Under the pieces are notes generated by a model. It worked only from the letters and a program-made list of their open reading frames with translations, was not told where the DNA came from and ran no database searches. A stretch of 64,000 nt of DNA from a virus, in UHGV virus genome UHGV-0084588, one strand, 5' to 3'. Made by a program: the position numbers and the translations under genes. This document shows positions 35,696 through 46,013 of the stretch, piece after piece. The number at the start of each line of letters is the position of its first letter. Within the stretch, counting starts at the first letter, position 1.

Positions 35696-38600
35696 CTAAG
35701 TACGATCCCCTAACTGCTTCCCGTTAAGTTCTCGTTTCAGTACAGCCAGAATCCACTTCCACGCTTTACTCGTGATGTGGTACGGGTTGCGTTTCTCCAT
35801 TAAGAACTGACTTTCGCCGCTACGGAGTTCGAAACTCTGTGCATTGAGTTGATCTTGACGGACGCTTTTCTCGTCAGTGACATCTAACGAACAAGCGAAG
35901 TTAAGTTCATAACCTTCTGGATTATTGCCGGGTGGTTCTAAGACAATATAAATGTCCTGACCTACACGTAAGTCCTTTGGCGTAAGAGTAATCGCTTTAC
36001 CTGTATCAGAGGCGGTCGAAAGCGCAAAAGATACGCTATCAATAGCCGATACATACGGGTCCTTCCCGGCATCACCGATAATCACTTTACCCGGCCAGTT
36101 AGACTTCACCGTCCCGGCCACTTTTGCAACGCGATACTGCTGTTTATCAGCACCTTGTGCAAAGCGTAAAATGAGTTTATGGCGATAACGACTCGCAGCA
36201 GCTTTAGTCGTGCTCCACTCATTATTCCAGGAAGCGTTGAGTTCACCTTTCTTGGCCATCAAGGCACCACGAGACAGCTTACGGTCAAAGAACTGCGCAG
36301 GCAACTGACCGTCATGGGAAACAGCAACACTTCCCTGTCCGGTTGGCAGCGCGATGCTTTCTGTAACGCGGTATTTTTGACTAACCTCATAAGTCGCAGG
36401 GTCAATCACAGACTGACTAAAATCAACGTCTTTGGTATCAGCCAAATACCCAACGGACGAATCCAGATACGATTCGAACAACGAACGTAAGTAATGGTAC
36501 TTATCAATGTCGACGTTACTCGTAGCCGGATCAATCAGCGCGTGACTAATCGTTACACGGCATTTCGCAGACAGTTCTTTAAACGACAATCCCACACCGT
36601 CGCCAGTGAAATAATCCACTAAATCGAACGGGAATTGAATCTCCAGCTGTCGATGTTTAACTGTTGTCGTTCCGAACTGTGAGAACGTCAGTGCTAAACG
36701 TAATACCCGACTGTTTACGTTGTAACGATAGCGAATCATGCCACGAGGTGCATGGTTTGCAGAAATTTTATCTCGACCGGCACCCCAACCTATCAAGTCG
36801 AGCGTCGCCGCGTTGGTTTCCTCACCGTTGAACAACACATCCTTAAACGTTGCGGCCACTGCCGTTTCCCCAGACTCCTCCATCACTAACGGAATATCCG
36901 TAACAGCAGAATCTGAACGGGAACCAATCCCCAACTTACAGGTTTTGGTAGTTAGGTCAATGCGCAGATAGCGACGTTTAACGCTGCTACCTTGCGTTGA
37001 CGTGCATAGAACCAAATCCGGCGCAGCAGCAAGGGCTTGCGTTCCACCAACATCGTCAACATCGAACGCAAACGAGCCTTCGAATGTCGGTGCGTTGTTT
37101 TCTTTCGGGTTAAATGGTGTAAACCAACAATACGGCGTAGCACCTTCAGGTATCACAACGTATTGAAGACTCGACTTCACGTTTTGGTTGTGTGCGTAGG
37201 TATAAAGGCCGCGACTGACAAGATGGAAAACATCCCCTGTAGCGGTTGCTAACGGTTTCCTAAAGATACACGCTCTTGGTTCAGCAATAGCACGGTTTAA
37301 TAACGGCAGCCGTGGGTTATCCGTTAACGCCCAGTCAACAGCGCTGAGTCCGTGTGCCTTACGAGTGCTGATGTGCTCGCTAACTTCCGCACTTTTCCCG
37401 AAATCAAACGTGGTTTCAAACCCCACAGTTTTATTCGCGTAAGACTGACCAGGAACGATATCAACATATCCGATATAACCGCGCTCTGGGTCAACGGCAA
37501 TACTCTGAATCGGTTCAGCACGCGAATACAGAGAGCCTGTGAGCATGTTAACGTATAAATAGTGACGAACCCCTACGTGCGTTGTAACAAACTCCTGGAG
37601 AAGCTCTACGCGCGTTTCAGGACCACTGAAATAAACGGGGTAATCACCATCGTAAACTTCGAACTGTACCGCTGCGGATTTAGTCGTGTCGCTACACTCG
37701 GCTTTAACCGCCACTGTGTAATTTTCAACGTCTGCTGACGTTTCATACACCGCGACGAGTGGAGACTCGCCTGAAGCGGCCTGGATACCGTTAATGTAAA
37801 CCGTAACCTGACCACCCCCAGCAGCATAAACCCAGAGCTTCGGTTGGTATGCTTTTACACGCGTTTTTGCCAATACAGTAATAACTGACTGGTCACCCAT
37901 CTGTGTAGCAGTCTTACCTACCGGGACAGACTGGAACCCCATCAATGGCGGTTCTTCAATACCCGTCCAGTTGATCCCCGTACCGTTACTCACCTTACCC
38001 GTAGCCCAAGTCAGCTCAAGTTGGTTATTCGGTGAGAACCAGTTAAACATCGGGGTGGTTTGCAGGTCAATCGCACCGGTAACGGTACTGTCACCTTTCG
38101 TGCCGTCCAGCAAATAGAAATATTTCAAATCCTGAACGGAGATTGCCGTACCCTGGCTATTAAATCGCCAGTCTGCGCCTTTTACAGCAGCGAAATCCGT
38201 GACTGTTCCTTCTTTCGCATTTGCAATTGCCGCAGCGACCACACTTAAACGTGCCGAAAGCTCTTTTAAGATGTTCGGTACCACTGCACGGTTTTCAACC
38301 AAACCGTTCTGGTTAGTTGCATAACGACCAATACCGTAAACAGATTGAGAAGCTTTATAAATGCCTAACTCCGACCAATCGTGATGATGGCCTACATCTG
38401 CTAGACCGCTAACCGCCTTAGTTAACTCGGTTGACAACGGTTTGTCAAGGTCTGCGGTGTTATCCGCTTGCCCTAACCCCAGGTCAGCTTTCGTGATTGT
38501 CCTGGAGCCGTCATTCATTGGCTTACCGTTAATCATGGTCGTTTTAGCCACATACCCTGATAGGTCGGTCGAATAAGGTGTTAATGACGCTGGCGTTGCT

Positions 38601-39880
38601 GCAACCCCAACCGTTTCTGTACCTTTACCAGTTTTAAGCTTAACAACACCTTTTTCAGCGGTTGTCGCTTTCGTCGGGTCGATAGTACCCACGATAGGAT
38701 CGGTCCGAGAGCCTTTACCGGTGAAGCTAATCCCATTACGGCCTTCGATGTACACCTTCGAGTCATCAGGGTCACCGCCGCCGCTCCCGCCAGCATCAGG
38801 ATCTTGTTGGTATTCCATCAACGCCGTGGTAGTCAGTAACGGGTTACCATTCAGGGTGAGTTTGTTCATCCCTAAAGCATCGCCGGTTGACTCGATACGT
38901 AAGGTGTTTTTACCAGCACGCCAGTTAATGTAACGTCCTGCACCCGTTCCCTCCAGATGCCCTACCGCCAACACCACAGAACCGTTGGATTTTAACGTAA
39001 AGCCATCATTCGCAAAAATGATTTCTGACTCACCGTTTTTTGAGCGGAATTGTGCACGGTTTCCTGACACCGTACAGTTAAACACACCCCGTACTTCTGA
39101 AGAAATCCAGTGGGAGATATACGTGTCAATAACTGACTGTGGTAAACGAAACGCTTTCAGTTCATCCGTCAGTGCTTTCAACTTTAACCCGTACGCCATA
39201 AAGGTGTCGGGTGTTTTCAAGTTAACAGGATGTGCGCTAATCTGTGCAGAAGTAGTTTGGTGCGGGTTGGTTTCCGCGATGTGTGCCGGGTAGTTAAATG
39301 CTTCGATTTCTTTACCCAGAGCGGTGACTAACGCTTTAACTTCGGCTAATTTATCTTTAATTAGTTGGTTAGCGTCGTCGGTTTTCAATTCAACATCGTG
39401 GACCGCTGACGCTAAATATTTTTTGTTCAGCAAATCCGCCCAGGACGTTGCCGCAGGCGTAGCCGGGTATAACGACGGTCTGCCTTCTAATAACAGCCAA
39501 TCAGCGCTGACTGGGTTATTCAAATATTTCACCAGCTCATCGAGAATGTCAACAAACGGGTCGTAGAACGTACCACCGAGCATTTGTCCTTCAAAGGTTA
39601 CGATGCCCTTGATGGATGGGTTGATAAGGTGTACCCCACAATACACGTTGGCTGCTACCGAGTCATCCAGTTCTGTCAGTTGGTATTGCAGTTCGTAGTC
39701 CACCCCACGACTCAGTGGGGTGGTTGAACCTGGTTGTCTGACGACTAAATCTTCAAAGAACGGGCGATGGTCTAAAATCACCACCCGATCGTTGTTGTTT
39801 TCTGACCCGATGATACGCTCCTCTAAGAAGTGATTCTCGGTTTTCGTCCCCCGAGGATCGTAAGGATACGCTTTCATCAA
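35696..39880 (-). CDS. giant tailspike/tail-fibre protein (1394 aa)
   Basis: N-terminal RVVILDHRPFFEDLVVRQPG...GVDYELQY anchor motif; internal tail-fibre-repeat-like segment (ATTAEKGVVKLKT...TKADLGLGQADNTADLDKPLS) with VGHHHDW. Confidence 0.75.
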   Translation of the reverse strand: MMKAYPYDPRGTKTENHFLEERIIGSENNNDRVVILDHRPFFEDLVVRQPGSTTPLSRGVDYELQYQLTELDDSVAANVYCGVHLINPSIKGIVTFEGQMLGGTFYDPFVDILDELVKYLNNPVSADWLLLEGRPSLYPATPAATSWADLLNKKYLASAVHDVELKTDDANQLIKDKLAEVKALVTALGKEIEAFNYPAHIAETNPHQTTSAQISAHPVNLKTPDTFMAYGLKLKALTDELKAFRLPQSVIDTYISHWISSEVRGVFNCTVSGNRAQFRSKNGESEIIFANDGFTLKSNGSVVLAVGHLEGTGAGRYINWRAGKNTLRIESTGDALGMNKLTLNGNPLLTTTALMEYQQDPDAGGSGGGDPDDSKVYIEGRNGISFTGKGSRTDPIVGTIDPTKATTAEKGVVKLKTGKGTETVGVAATPASLTPYSTDLSGYVAKTTMINGKPMNDGSRTITKADLGLGQADNTADLDKPLSTELTKAVSGLADVGHHHDWSELGIYKASQSVYGIGRYATNQNGLVENRAVVPNILKELSARLSVVAAAIANAKEGTVTDFAAVKGADWRFNSQGTAISVQDLKYFYLLDGTKGDSTVTGAIDLQTTPMFNWFSPNNQLELTWATGKVSNGTGINWTGIEEPPLMGFQSVPVGKTATQMGDQSVITVLAKTRVKAYQPKLWVYAAGGGQVTVYINGIQAASGESPLVAVYETSADVENYTVAVKAECSDTTKSAAVQFEVYDGDYPVYFSGPETRVELLQEFVTTHVGVRHYLYVNMLTGSLYSRAEPIQSIAVDPERGYIGYVDIVPGQSYANKTVGFETTFDFGKSAEVSEHISTRKAHGLSAVDWALTDNPRLPLLNRAIAEPRACIFRKPLATATGDVFHLVSRGLYTYAHNQNVKSSLQYVVIPEGATPYCWFTPFNPKENNAPTFEGSFAFDVDDVGGTQALAAAPDLVLCTSTQGSSVKRRYLRIDLTTKTCKLGIGSRSDSAVTDIPLVMEESGETAVAATFKDVLFNGEETNAATLDLIGWGAGRDKISANHAPRGMIRYRYNVNSRVLRLALTFSQFGTTTVKHRQLEIQFPFDLVDYFTGDGVGLSFKELSAKCRVTISHALIDPATSNVDIDKYHYLRSLFESYLDSSVGYLADTKDVDFSQSVIDPATYEVSQKYRVTESIALPTGQGSVAVSHDGQLPAQFFDRKLSRGALMAKKGELNASWNNEWSTTKAAASRYRHKLILRFAQGADKQQYRVAKVAGTVKSNWPGKVIIGDAGKDPYVSAIDSVSFALSTASDTGKAITLTPKDLRVGQDIYIVLEPPGNNPEGYELNFACSLDVTDEKSVRQDQLNAQSFELRSGESQFLMEKRNPYHITSKAWKWILAVLKRELNGKQLGDRT

Positions 39881-39890
39881 AAAATTCTCC

Positions 39891-42800
39891 TTAATCGCGA
39901 ATGATTACCGCCTGCACTTTATTGTTGGTGTCGATAAACGACATTACGCGCTCCTTGTTAAGATAAGGAGGTATCGGTAACGCAGCGTAATCCGCCAGGC
40001 TGTTATTAAATTCAGTTGCCACTAACGCATTAAGCGTTTCGGGGTCTGAGCTGACACCGGCCAATTCCATGACGCGTACTCGATTTAATGAGGAATAGTT
40101 GCTAATATAGTCCAACAACGTACCGTAGACTTTATTCGCAGTTGCGCTGTCTGCTGTAGAGCGGATGTTGGCACGAACCTCATCCTCATAAAGTCCCCCT
40201 AAACCGTAGTAAATAGGGGTATACGGATCATTAACAATAGGTTCGATATTGAACCCGGTTAAACGGTCGACTAATGGGATTTTCTGCGTAGTTCCCCCTG
40301 CTGCCGTACAGCTTACGTATTTATCTGTCGTGGATAAAAACACCACGATAGTATACACAGTGCCAGCTAAAGTCAGCGATGCATTAAACGTTATTGCGTT
40401 GTTTGCACCACGGGTGTGGGTAAACGTTACGTCAGGTTGTAATGAACTCCACGGTGCAGCTGTAACACGCTTCGTTGGTGTGAAACCTACCACTACCGAT
40501 TTCCCGCTACCGAAGTTCAAACCGAACCCTGCGTAACAATATTCACCGTTACTGTCAGTTAAACGATAACCGCGAGTGATGAGTAATGACAACCGCATAA
40601 ACTCGCCGTCGGTGTTCTTCCAACAACCTAAAACAGTTTCTAACACTGTTCCGGTTTTTGCGTTGCTTTCTGTTTCCCAACTTACCCGCATTCCTGCGTT
40701 TTTGAAAGTCGGGAATAAGTTGTGAATAAAACCATGAAGGTTATCACTTACCCCTTTCGCATCGAAAACCCACTTTGATGCGAGCTGGTCGTATTTCACC
40801 CCGTCTAAGGCTCTATACTGTCCACCGACGACATAACGCCAATCTGCTTCACCACGTACTACTGCCTGGAGTCCCGAAGCCCAGCAGGGCGCACCTACCG
40901 TTAAGTTAGCTAACCCAAGCACTGCACGTGTCGTGGAGCGGTGAATATGCGCGTTATCGTCAGCAGCGTGATCTTTCAGTTCACGGAAATCGTCCAGCCG
41001 TGTGACGTTACGCATCTCTGTAACGAACACTTCAGAAAGGTCATTGACGCCGATTAATCCCACACGCGTCATGGTATCCGTTTCAGCCTGACTGTAGCTG
41101 TCGTGAATAATGTACTTCGCTTTGTTGTCAACAATATCAACAAAAATCCCCGCGTAGATTTCTGTATTCAACTTCGGAAAACGTTCACTGACGTTAATCG
41201 TCGTCAACGGCACGGTGTATGTTTCGCCACCGATAAAATACGTTGATGCTGGAAGTGTAACCAGTATTTTGTCTTTGACCGTAACATCAATTAAGTCGTT
41301 ACCAGACTTACCAAAACGTATAATGTCGAGACGTGCCTCCGAGTCAACACCCCCGACAGCACTTTCCAATTTTTCAATCTGGGTAGTCTGCGCCATTACC
41401 ACACTGCCATCGAGTGCTAAAGTCGCGTCGTCCACATCCAGACCAAATTTAATCAAGCCACGTTTCGCGGTGGTTGCGTTCCCGGTACCAAATGCGGTAA
41501 ATGGGTGGTGGTGTACTTTAGGCGAATATTTATCTAACTCCGCCTGCTGTGCTGTGGAGATCGGCAAATCGACATCGGGTGTATTCGCAACGTTACCCAA
41601 ACCAAAGGTAATTTTGTCGATAGTAACTGAGCTGGTAAGTTGCATGTCGTTAATGTACGATTTAGCTGCAACTAGTTTACCGGTAAACTCAGCGTCCAGT
41701 TTTTCAATCAATGCGGGGGTTGCTGCGAGATTTTCAGCCGTACCGAATTCGTCCGTTAACTGCCAACACGCTAACGTAGTAACGTCTTCGGCAACCGGAA
41801 GAATAAACGTTGCTACGAATGGCGATGCTTTAATCCCACTACCGGTAAGTTCCACCGTAGCTGTAGATGCACCGTAGAATAATCCCGTACCACCTGCAGT
41901 ATTGCCCGGCAAATACGGCGCTACCGTGGTGGGGTCTAAGAGCTTCTTACCACGCCACAGTAATCCTCGGTCATCGGGATATAGCACAAGCTGGTTGTCG
42001 CCCGCTTGCAACGTTACCGGGTTGTTACCCACGTTAACATCAGTAGAACCTTGGCCGATGAACTTAATGGATTTCGGGTCAACGACAAACTGGGCACCTA
42101 AACGGGTCCCGTCAACGACATCGGGCGCTTTCTTAATGGTAACCGTGTTACCTTTATTCCCCGAGCTAATAGTGACGTTGTCAGCAACATTACCGATCAA
42201 TGATTTAAAGTGGTGGCTATTCTCCAATGCTTCTAGTGCAGCGTCCATGTTAGTGAAGTTAACACGTGCACTATATGTCTTGCCGTTTATGGTAATAACG
42301 ACATCAAACACGTTCCCTGTGCGTTTCAGTTGAAAACGCAGCGTAAAATCCCCATCCGGTATTGCTGGATTAGGAGCTTGGGAAAGATACTGAACTTCCG
42401 GTGTGGGATTCGAAAAACCGTTCAGTTCCAACTTAACGCCGACTTTACCCGCAGAAATTTCACCTGTAAGCTGGATAAATTTTCCAGAGTTAGTACCAGG
42501 TTTCTGATAGAAACGTAGGCTAACCGTACCGACGGCTTCATTACCAGACGCTGTTTTACGTCCGGTAACAATAAAGTCAATATCTTGCAGGTTAGCAGGT
42601 ACCGCATTAAAAGAAGTGGTGAATCCACTCTTCGTTCCTGTGTAACGAAGCGCACCGTGATACCTGTGACCATTACTAACGTAGCTTTCGCTAAAACGAG
42701 GACTCACGTATTTCGACATTGACACCGGGTCAACTTCCGTCGTGAACGAAGTAAAACCGGGCAGCGTTCCAATAGTTCCGTTAGCCGTTTTCGTAGCTGA

Positions 42801-44213
42801 CGTGCGTAATAGTTTCTTTTGTGCTGTCAACGTCGCTTGTGTTGGATACTTAGCATTAACATAGTCCGTTAACTGCGGCTTCGTTTTTCCGTAAGCTAAT
42901 GCTGCATCCGACGCAATGCCGTTCAACTCTAACGCACGGATCGGACCCCACGTATCTGTGTGTGGGTTGTCCTTACGTGTAACGTGTTCGTGCGCAGGCG
43001 CATTACGATACAGCTGCTCAACTAACTGATGATACTTAACTATTAACTGGTAAACATCGTTATCGACGTCGGGCTCCGGCGCACCGGGTAAAGAACGAAT
43101 TTGAACATAATCGTTTTCAGCCGCATACCAGTTCAGGTTAATGTTCGTTTTAGACTTCAACCATTTGGCTACATTCGTTTTCGAATACCCTGCCGAGAAC
43201 TCATCAGGCGGCGTATCGACGTTGAATGTATAATCCATGGTCTGTTTATTTGTTTTTACTACGATTACGTAAACGCCGTTTCCGGGCTGACGGGTTACAC
43301 TAAAATCGATATCGTTTTTTAACTCATCGTCAGTTAAACCGTTGATTAAAGTATAATCGTAGTTTGTTGAACCACTGCCAATAGCGACAGTTAAGACCAG
43401 TGAGATTTTGCGCTGTTTTAGCTGTAACCGTAGAATGCTTGCACCGCCGTTGGCATAACAGAGCATCCAATCGATCTGCTCGTTCGGATTCAACTTTGTC
43501 ATGTCTGGCAGAATAGCAGGAATTCTGTGTTTCACCGACAGGGAATAGTCGTTAAAGGTTGTCGCGTTATAACTCAGGCTATAACGGTGGCGAGCTGTGT
43601 TGTAGGTGAAACCGCCTTTATTATCGTACGCGGCATACTGCTCGGAAGTGATAACCTTGCTATTAGCACGATATTCCAAATCCAGTGTGTTGCGTGCGAT
43701 TGGGTTAAGCCGACTCACGACTTCCCCTAACGAATCGCCTACCCCAGCAATGGCCTGCATTAGCTCCAGTTCACCTTTCCAATTCTCCCAATCGAACTGG
43801 ATATCGACCGGTGGAAAGTAAACGTCTCCGATAACGGTGTCCCACTGACACGCGGAAGGGTATTTACCTTTATTAAGCTCGCGCTCTGCGGTAATCTGCT
43901 CTTGGGTTGCTTCACCGCAACCAACGGCATGGTAATCTACAGTAAAGTTCGATTTGTATTTGTCATTAACAATCCAAATCATCCCGTGAATGAGATAGGC
44001 TGTGCGCAACATACCAGTCTCGTACGGGTGTGTAATAACGTAATCGTCGCCTAAGGTCAGTATTTTGCCGCCGCTCTTGACCACCAGGGATGTGGTGAAA
44101 AAAGGGGCGTGGGCAGGTACCAACATTCGGTATTTCGTACCAATGACGGCGACCGCTTCACCGGTTATTTTATTCCCCGGTTTTTTGAAGTGTGGGTCTA
44201 AGACGACAGCCAT
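39891..44213 (-). CDS. giant tailspike/tail-fibre protein (1440 aa)
   Basis: N-terminal YRMLVPAHAPFFTTSLVVKSGGKILTLGDDYVITHPY anchor motif; FGLGNVANTPDVDLPIS and KVHHHPF segments. Confidence 0.75.
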   Translation of the reverse strand: MAVVLDPHFKKPGNKITGEAVAVIGTKYRMLVPAHAPFFTTSLVVKSGGKILTLGDDYVITHPYETGMLRTAYLIHGMIWIVNDKYKSNFTVDYHAVGCGEATQEQITAERELNKGKYPSACQWDTVIGDVYFPPVDIQFDWENWKGELELMQAIAGVGDSLGEVVSRLNPIARNTLDLEYRANSKVITSEQYAAYDNKGGFTYNTARHRYSLSYNATTFNDYSLSVKHRIPAILPDMTKLNPNEQIDWMLCYANGGASILRLQLKQRKISLVLTVAIGSGSTNYDYTLINGLTDDELKNDIDFSVTRQPGNGVYVIVVKTNKQTMDYTFNVDTPPDEFSAGYSKTNVAKWLKSKTNINLNWYAAENDYVQIRSLPGAPEPDVDNDVYQLIVKYHQLVEQLYRNAPAHEHVTRKDNPHTDTWGPIRALELNGIASDAALAYGKTKPQLTDYVNAKYPTQATLTAQKKLLRTSATKTANGTIGTLPGFTSFTTEVDPVSMSKYVSPRFSESYVSNGHRYHGALRYTGTKSGFTTSFNAVPANLQDIDFIVTGRKTASGNEAVGTVSLRFYQKPGTNSGKFIQLTGEISAGKVGVKLELNGFSNPTPEVQYLSQAPNPAIPDGDFTLRFQLKRTGNVFDVVITINGKTYSARVNFTNMDAALEALENSHHFKSLIGNVADNVTISSGNKGNTVTIKKAPDVVDGTRLGAQFVVDPKSIKFIGQGSTDVNVGNNPVTLQAGDNQLVLYPDDRGLLWRGKKLLDPTTVAPYLPGNTAGGTGLFYGASTATVELTGSGIKASPFVATFILPVAEDVTTLACWQLTDEFGTAENLAATPALIEKLDAEFTGKLVAAKSYINDMQLTSSVTIDKITFGLGNVANTPDVDLPISTAQQAELDKYSPKVHHHPFTAFGTGNATTAKRGLIKFGLDVDDATLALDGSVVMAQTTQIEKLESAVGGVDSEARLDIIRFGKSGNDLIDVTVKDKILVTLPASTYFIGGETYTVPLTTINVSERFPKLNTEIYAGIFVDIVDNKAKYIIHDSYSQAETDTMTRVGLIGVNDLSEVFVTEMRNVTRLDDFRELKDHAADDNAHIHRSTTRAVLGLANLTVGAPCWASGLQAVVRGEADWRYVVGGQYRALDGVKYDQLASKWVFDAKGVSDNLHGFIHNLFPTFKNAGMRVSWETESNAKTGTVLETVLGCWKNTDGEFMRLSLLITRGYRLTDSNGEYCYAGFGLNFGSGKSVVVGFTPTKRVTAAPWSSLQPDVTFTHTRGANNAITFNASLTLAGTVYTIVVFLSTTDKYVSCTAAGGTTQKIPLVDRLTGFNIEPIVNDPYTPIYYGLGGLYEDEVRANIRSTADSATANKVYGTLLDYISNYSSLNRVRVMELAGVSSDPETLNALVATEFNNSLADYAALPIPPYLNKERVMSFIDTNNKVQAVIIRD

Positions 44214-44282
44214 TATCTACTCCTATAGTCCGTGGGCGTCGAAGTTCATACTATGACTTGAATCTATAGAGGAAAAAGAGCT

Positions 44283-45545
44283 GTGACTACTGCTTATCAA
44301 GTGCGGCCCGACAGCGCTTTTGGCTTCTCTCGAGAGTCCCGTACCTGGGGAGCCATCGATGTCACGCAACCCTTAACTACGTTGTGTTCAGACTACCACA
44401 CCTTTGAGATCGGTTTAAGTGCACTTGGTAAAGACTATACGTTAATCAGTCAATACCATCTTGCTGAACTACAAAACCGAACAGACACTTTACAAGATTG
44501 GTTAAATGAAAAGGCCGGAAACGTCATTCCCACTCTAAAAGCCGGATTGCCGAAACTGGAATTCAGTTGGGCACATTACCAATCAATTAATGCCGATGTA
44601 CCTGTCGAAACATATCTGTGTCCACCAGGGTACCACCACAGTCAAGATTTCAGCCTAGACGATGCTGATGACGTTGTCGTCGTTTGTGAGGACAAGTGGA
44701 AAGACAAATACCGTAATAGTGTGCTGTACAACATTAACGGTCAATGGGTACCGCACCAGACGGATACCGTAGGTGTGCGATTGCCTGGGGCCGGTAAAAT
44801 CGTACGGAGAGCATGTACGCCAGATATTGGCTGTATGGTTTTTGGTCAGCTAGGGAATGTTAAAACCTATCCAATCGCCAACCTTACGCTAAACAAGCTC
44901 GACACTACACGCGACTATTACTCCACGTTAATGATATCGCTGCCTGAGTCTATTACGGGGAAAACCGTGGGTTTCGTCATAGGCGGATTGTTACGTTGGT
45001 TGCCCCCGGACGGTTATTTCTCTGACCGTGCGATCATGATTTCTTTACCGAATTTTGATCTTGCACGGACCGTTCTGGAAACCCGCCGTTATTACGACTG
45101 GGATAGCATCGGTGTAGGGGATTTATCATCGCCTACCAACGTTCAACGTATTCGTAACCCTGAAACACTGAAGGCGCTTTTACTCCACGAATCCTCTTTT
45201 ATCTTTACGGTAGATAATCCGTATTTAGAAGAAGAAGTTGTGGGTGTTTCGCATAACGCCGTTTGGGGACGCTGTTACCTCAAGGACCCCAACGATCCTG
45301 ATTCTGAAAAACCATTAGGGTACTTAAATAATCGATTTGGTAAGACGGTAGGTTATTGGCCTACGTGGGAGGAAGGTGAGTGGGTATTTAACACTACCGA
45401 ATTCGACAGTCAAAACTACGTCTTTCGTGAAGCCCGGTGGTATAATCAGAAGAAGATTAACGATGCTCAAGCAATCGTTGGTCCATTCGGTCCCTGGGAA
45501 AAAGTGTATTTAGAAATGCATCGCTTTAAAGCACGAAAAAAATAA
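44283..45545 (+). CDS. hypothetical protein
   Basis: 420-aa ORF with GTG start (GAGGAAAAAGAG upstream); divergent from the tailspike block; followed by a strong terminator. Confidence 0.5.
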   Translation: MTTAYQVRPDSAFGFSRESRTWGAIDVTQPLTTLCSDYHTFEIGLSALGKDYTLISQYHLAELQNRTDTLQDWLNEKAGNVIPTLKAGLPKLEFSWAHYQSINADVPVETYLCPPGYHHSQDFSLDDADDVVVVCEDKWKDKYRNSVLYNINGQWVPHQTDTVGVRLPGAGKIVRRACTPDIGCMVFGQLGNVKTYPIANLTLNKLDTTRDYYSTLMISLPESITGKTVGFVIGGLLRWLPPDGYFSDRAIMISLPNFDLARTVLETRRYYDWDSIGVGDLSSPTNVQRIRNPETLKALLLHESSFIFTVDNPYLEEEVVGVSHNAVWGRCYLKDPNDPDSEKPLGYLNNRFGKTVGYWPTWEEGEWVFNTTEFDSQNYVFREARWYNQKKINDAQAIVGPFGPWEKVYLEMHRFKARKK

Positions 45546-45550
45546 AGTAA

Positions 45551-45593
45551 CCTCCTACCCTCTAAGAGGGTAGGAGTAGCACGTTTTTTTTTT
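45551..45593 (+). terminator. rho-independent terminator
   Basis: CTCCTACCCTC-taag-AGGGTAGGAG hairpin followed by a T-run of about 11 nt. Confidence 0.8.
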
Positions 45594-45597
45594 TCGC

Positions 45598-45807
45598 TTA
45601 GTCTTTTTTGTAGACAATCGCGTTACCGTGCAGTTTGTTGTTGCCGGAAATACCGATAACTTTGAATGCGTCGCCGCCAATTTTTTCGGCTTCAGCAGCC
45701 AGTTTACCAGTTACATGATCAACGGTATCGCCGAAAGCGCTGACGTTACCGATTTTCTTAAACTCTTCTGGAATATGCTCAGCAGAAGAGAACTCTTTAA
45801 TAGACAT
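45598..45807 (-). CDS. DUF1471 (BhsA/McbA/YdgH-like) domain protein lacking a signal peptide
   Basis: Start at the ATG at 45807 (GGAGAG RBS); C-terminal ...GDAFKVIGISGNNKLHGNAIVYKKD parallels the BhsA C-terminus (...SFRITSVTGPNTLHGTAVIYK) as recalled. Confidence 0.55.
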   Translation of the reverse strand: MSIKEFSSAEHIPEEFKKIGNVSAFGDTVDHVTGKLAAEAEKIGGDAFKVIGISGNNKLHGNAIVYKKD

Positions 45808-46013
45808 AACAGCTCTCCATTTCAAAAGGTTAGTGGTCTAAGACCGACGTGTGTTACAACCGAAGCATAAGATAGCTCCTCCCCGTAGGGAGGAGTAGAG
45901 TGCGCGAAAAAAGTGGCCTGCTTAACTAAACGATGGGTTTAAGAAAAGTGTTGATAAAAAGTTTTACCAACGTCAGGTCACAATATATAAAAACAACGTA
46001 AGAAAAAGGGGAA

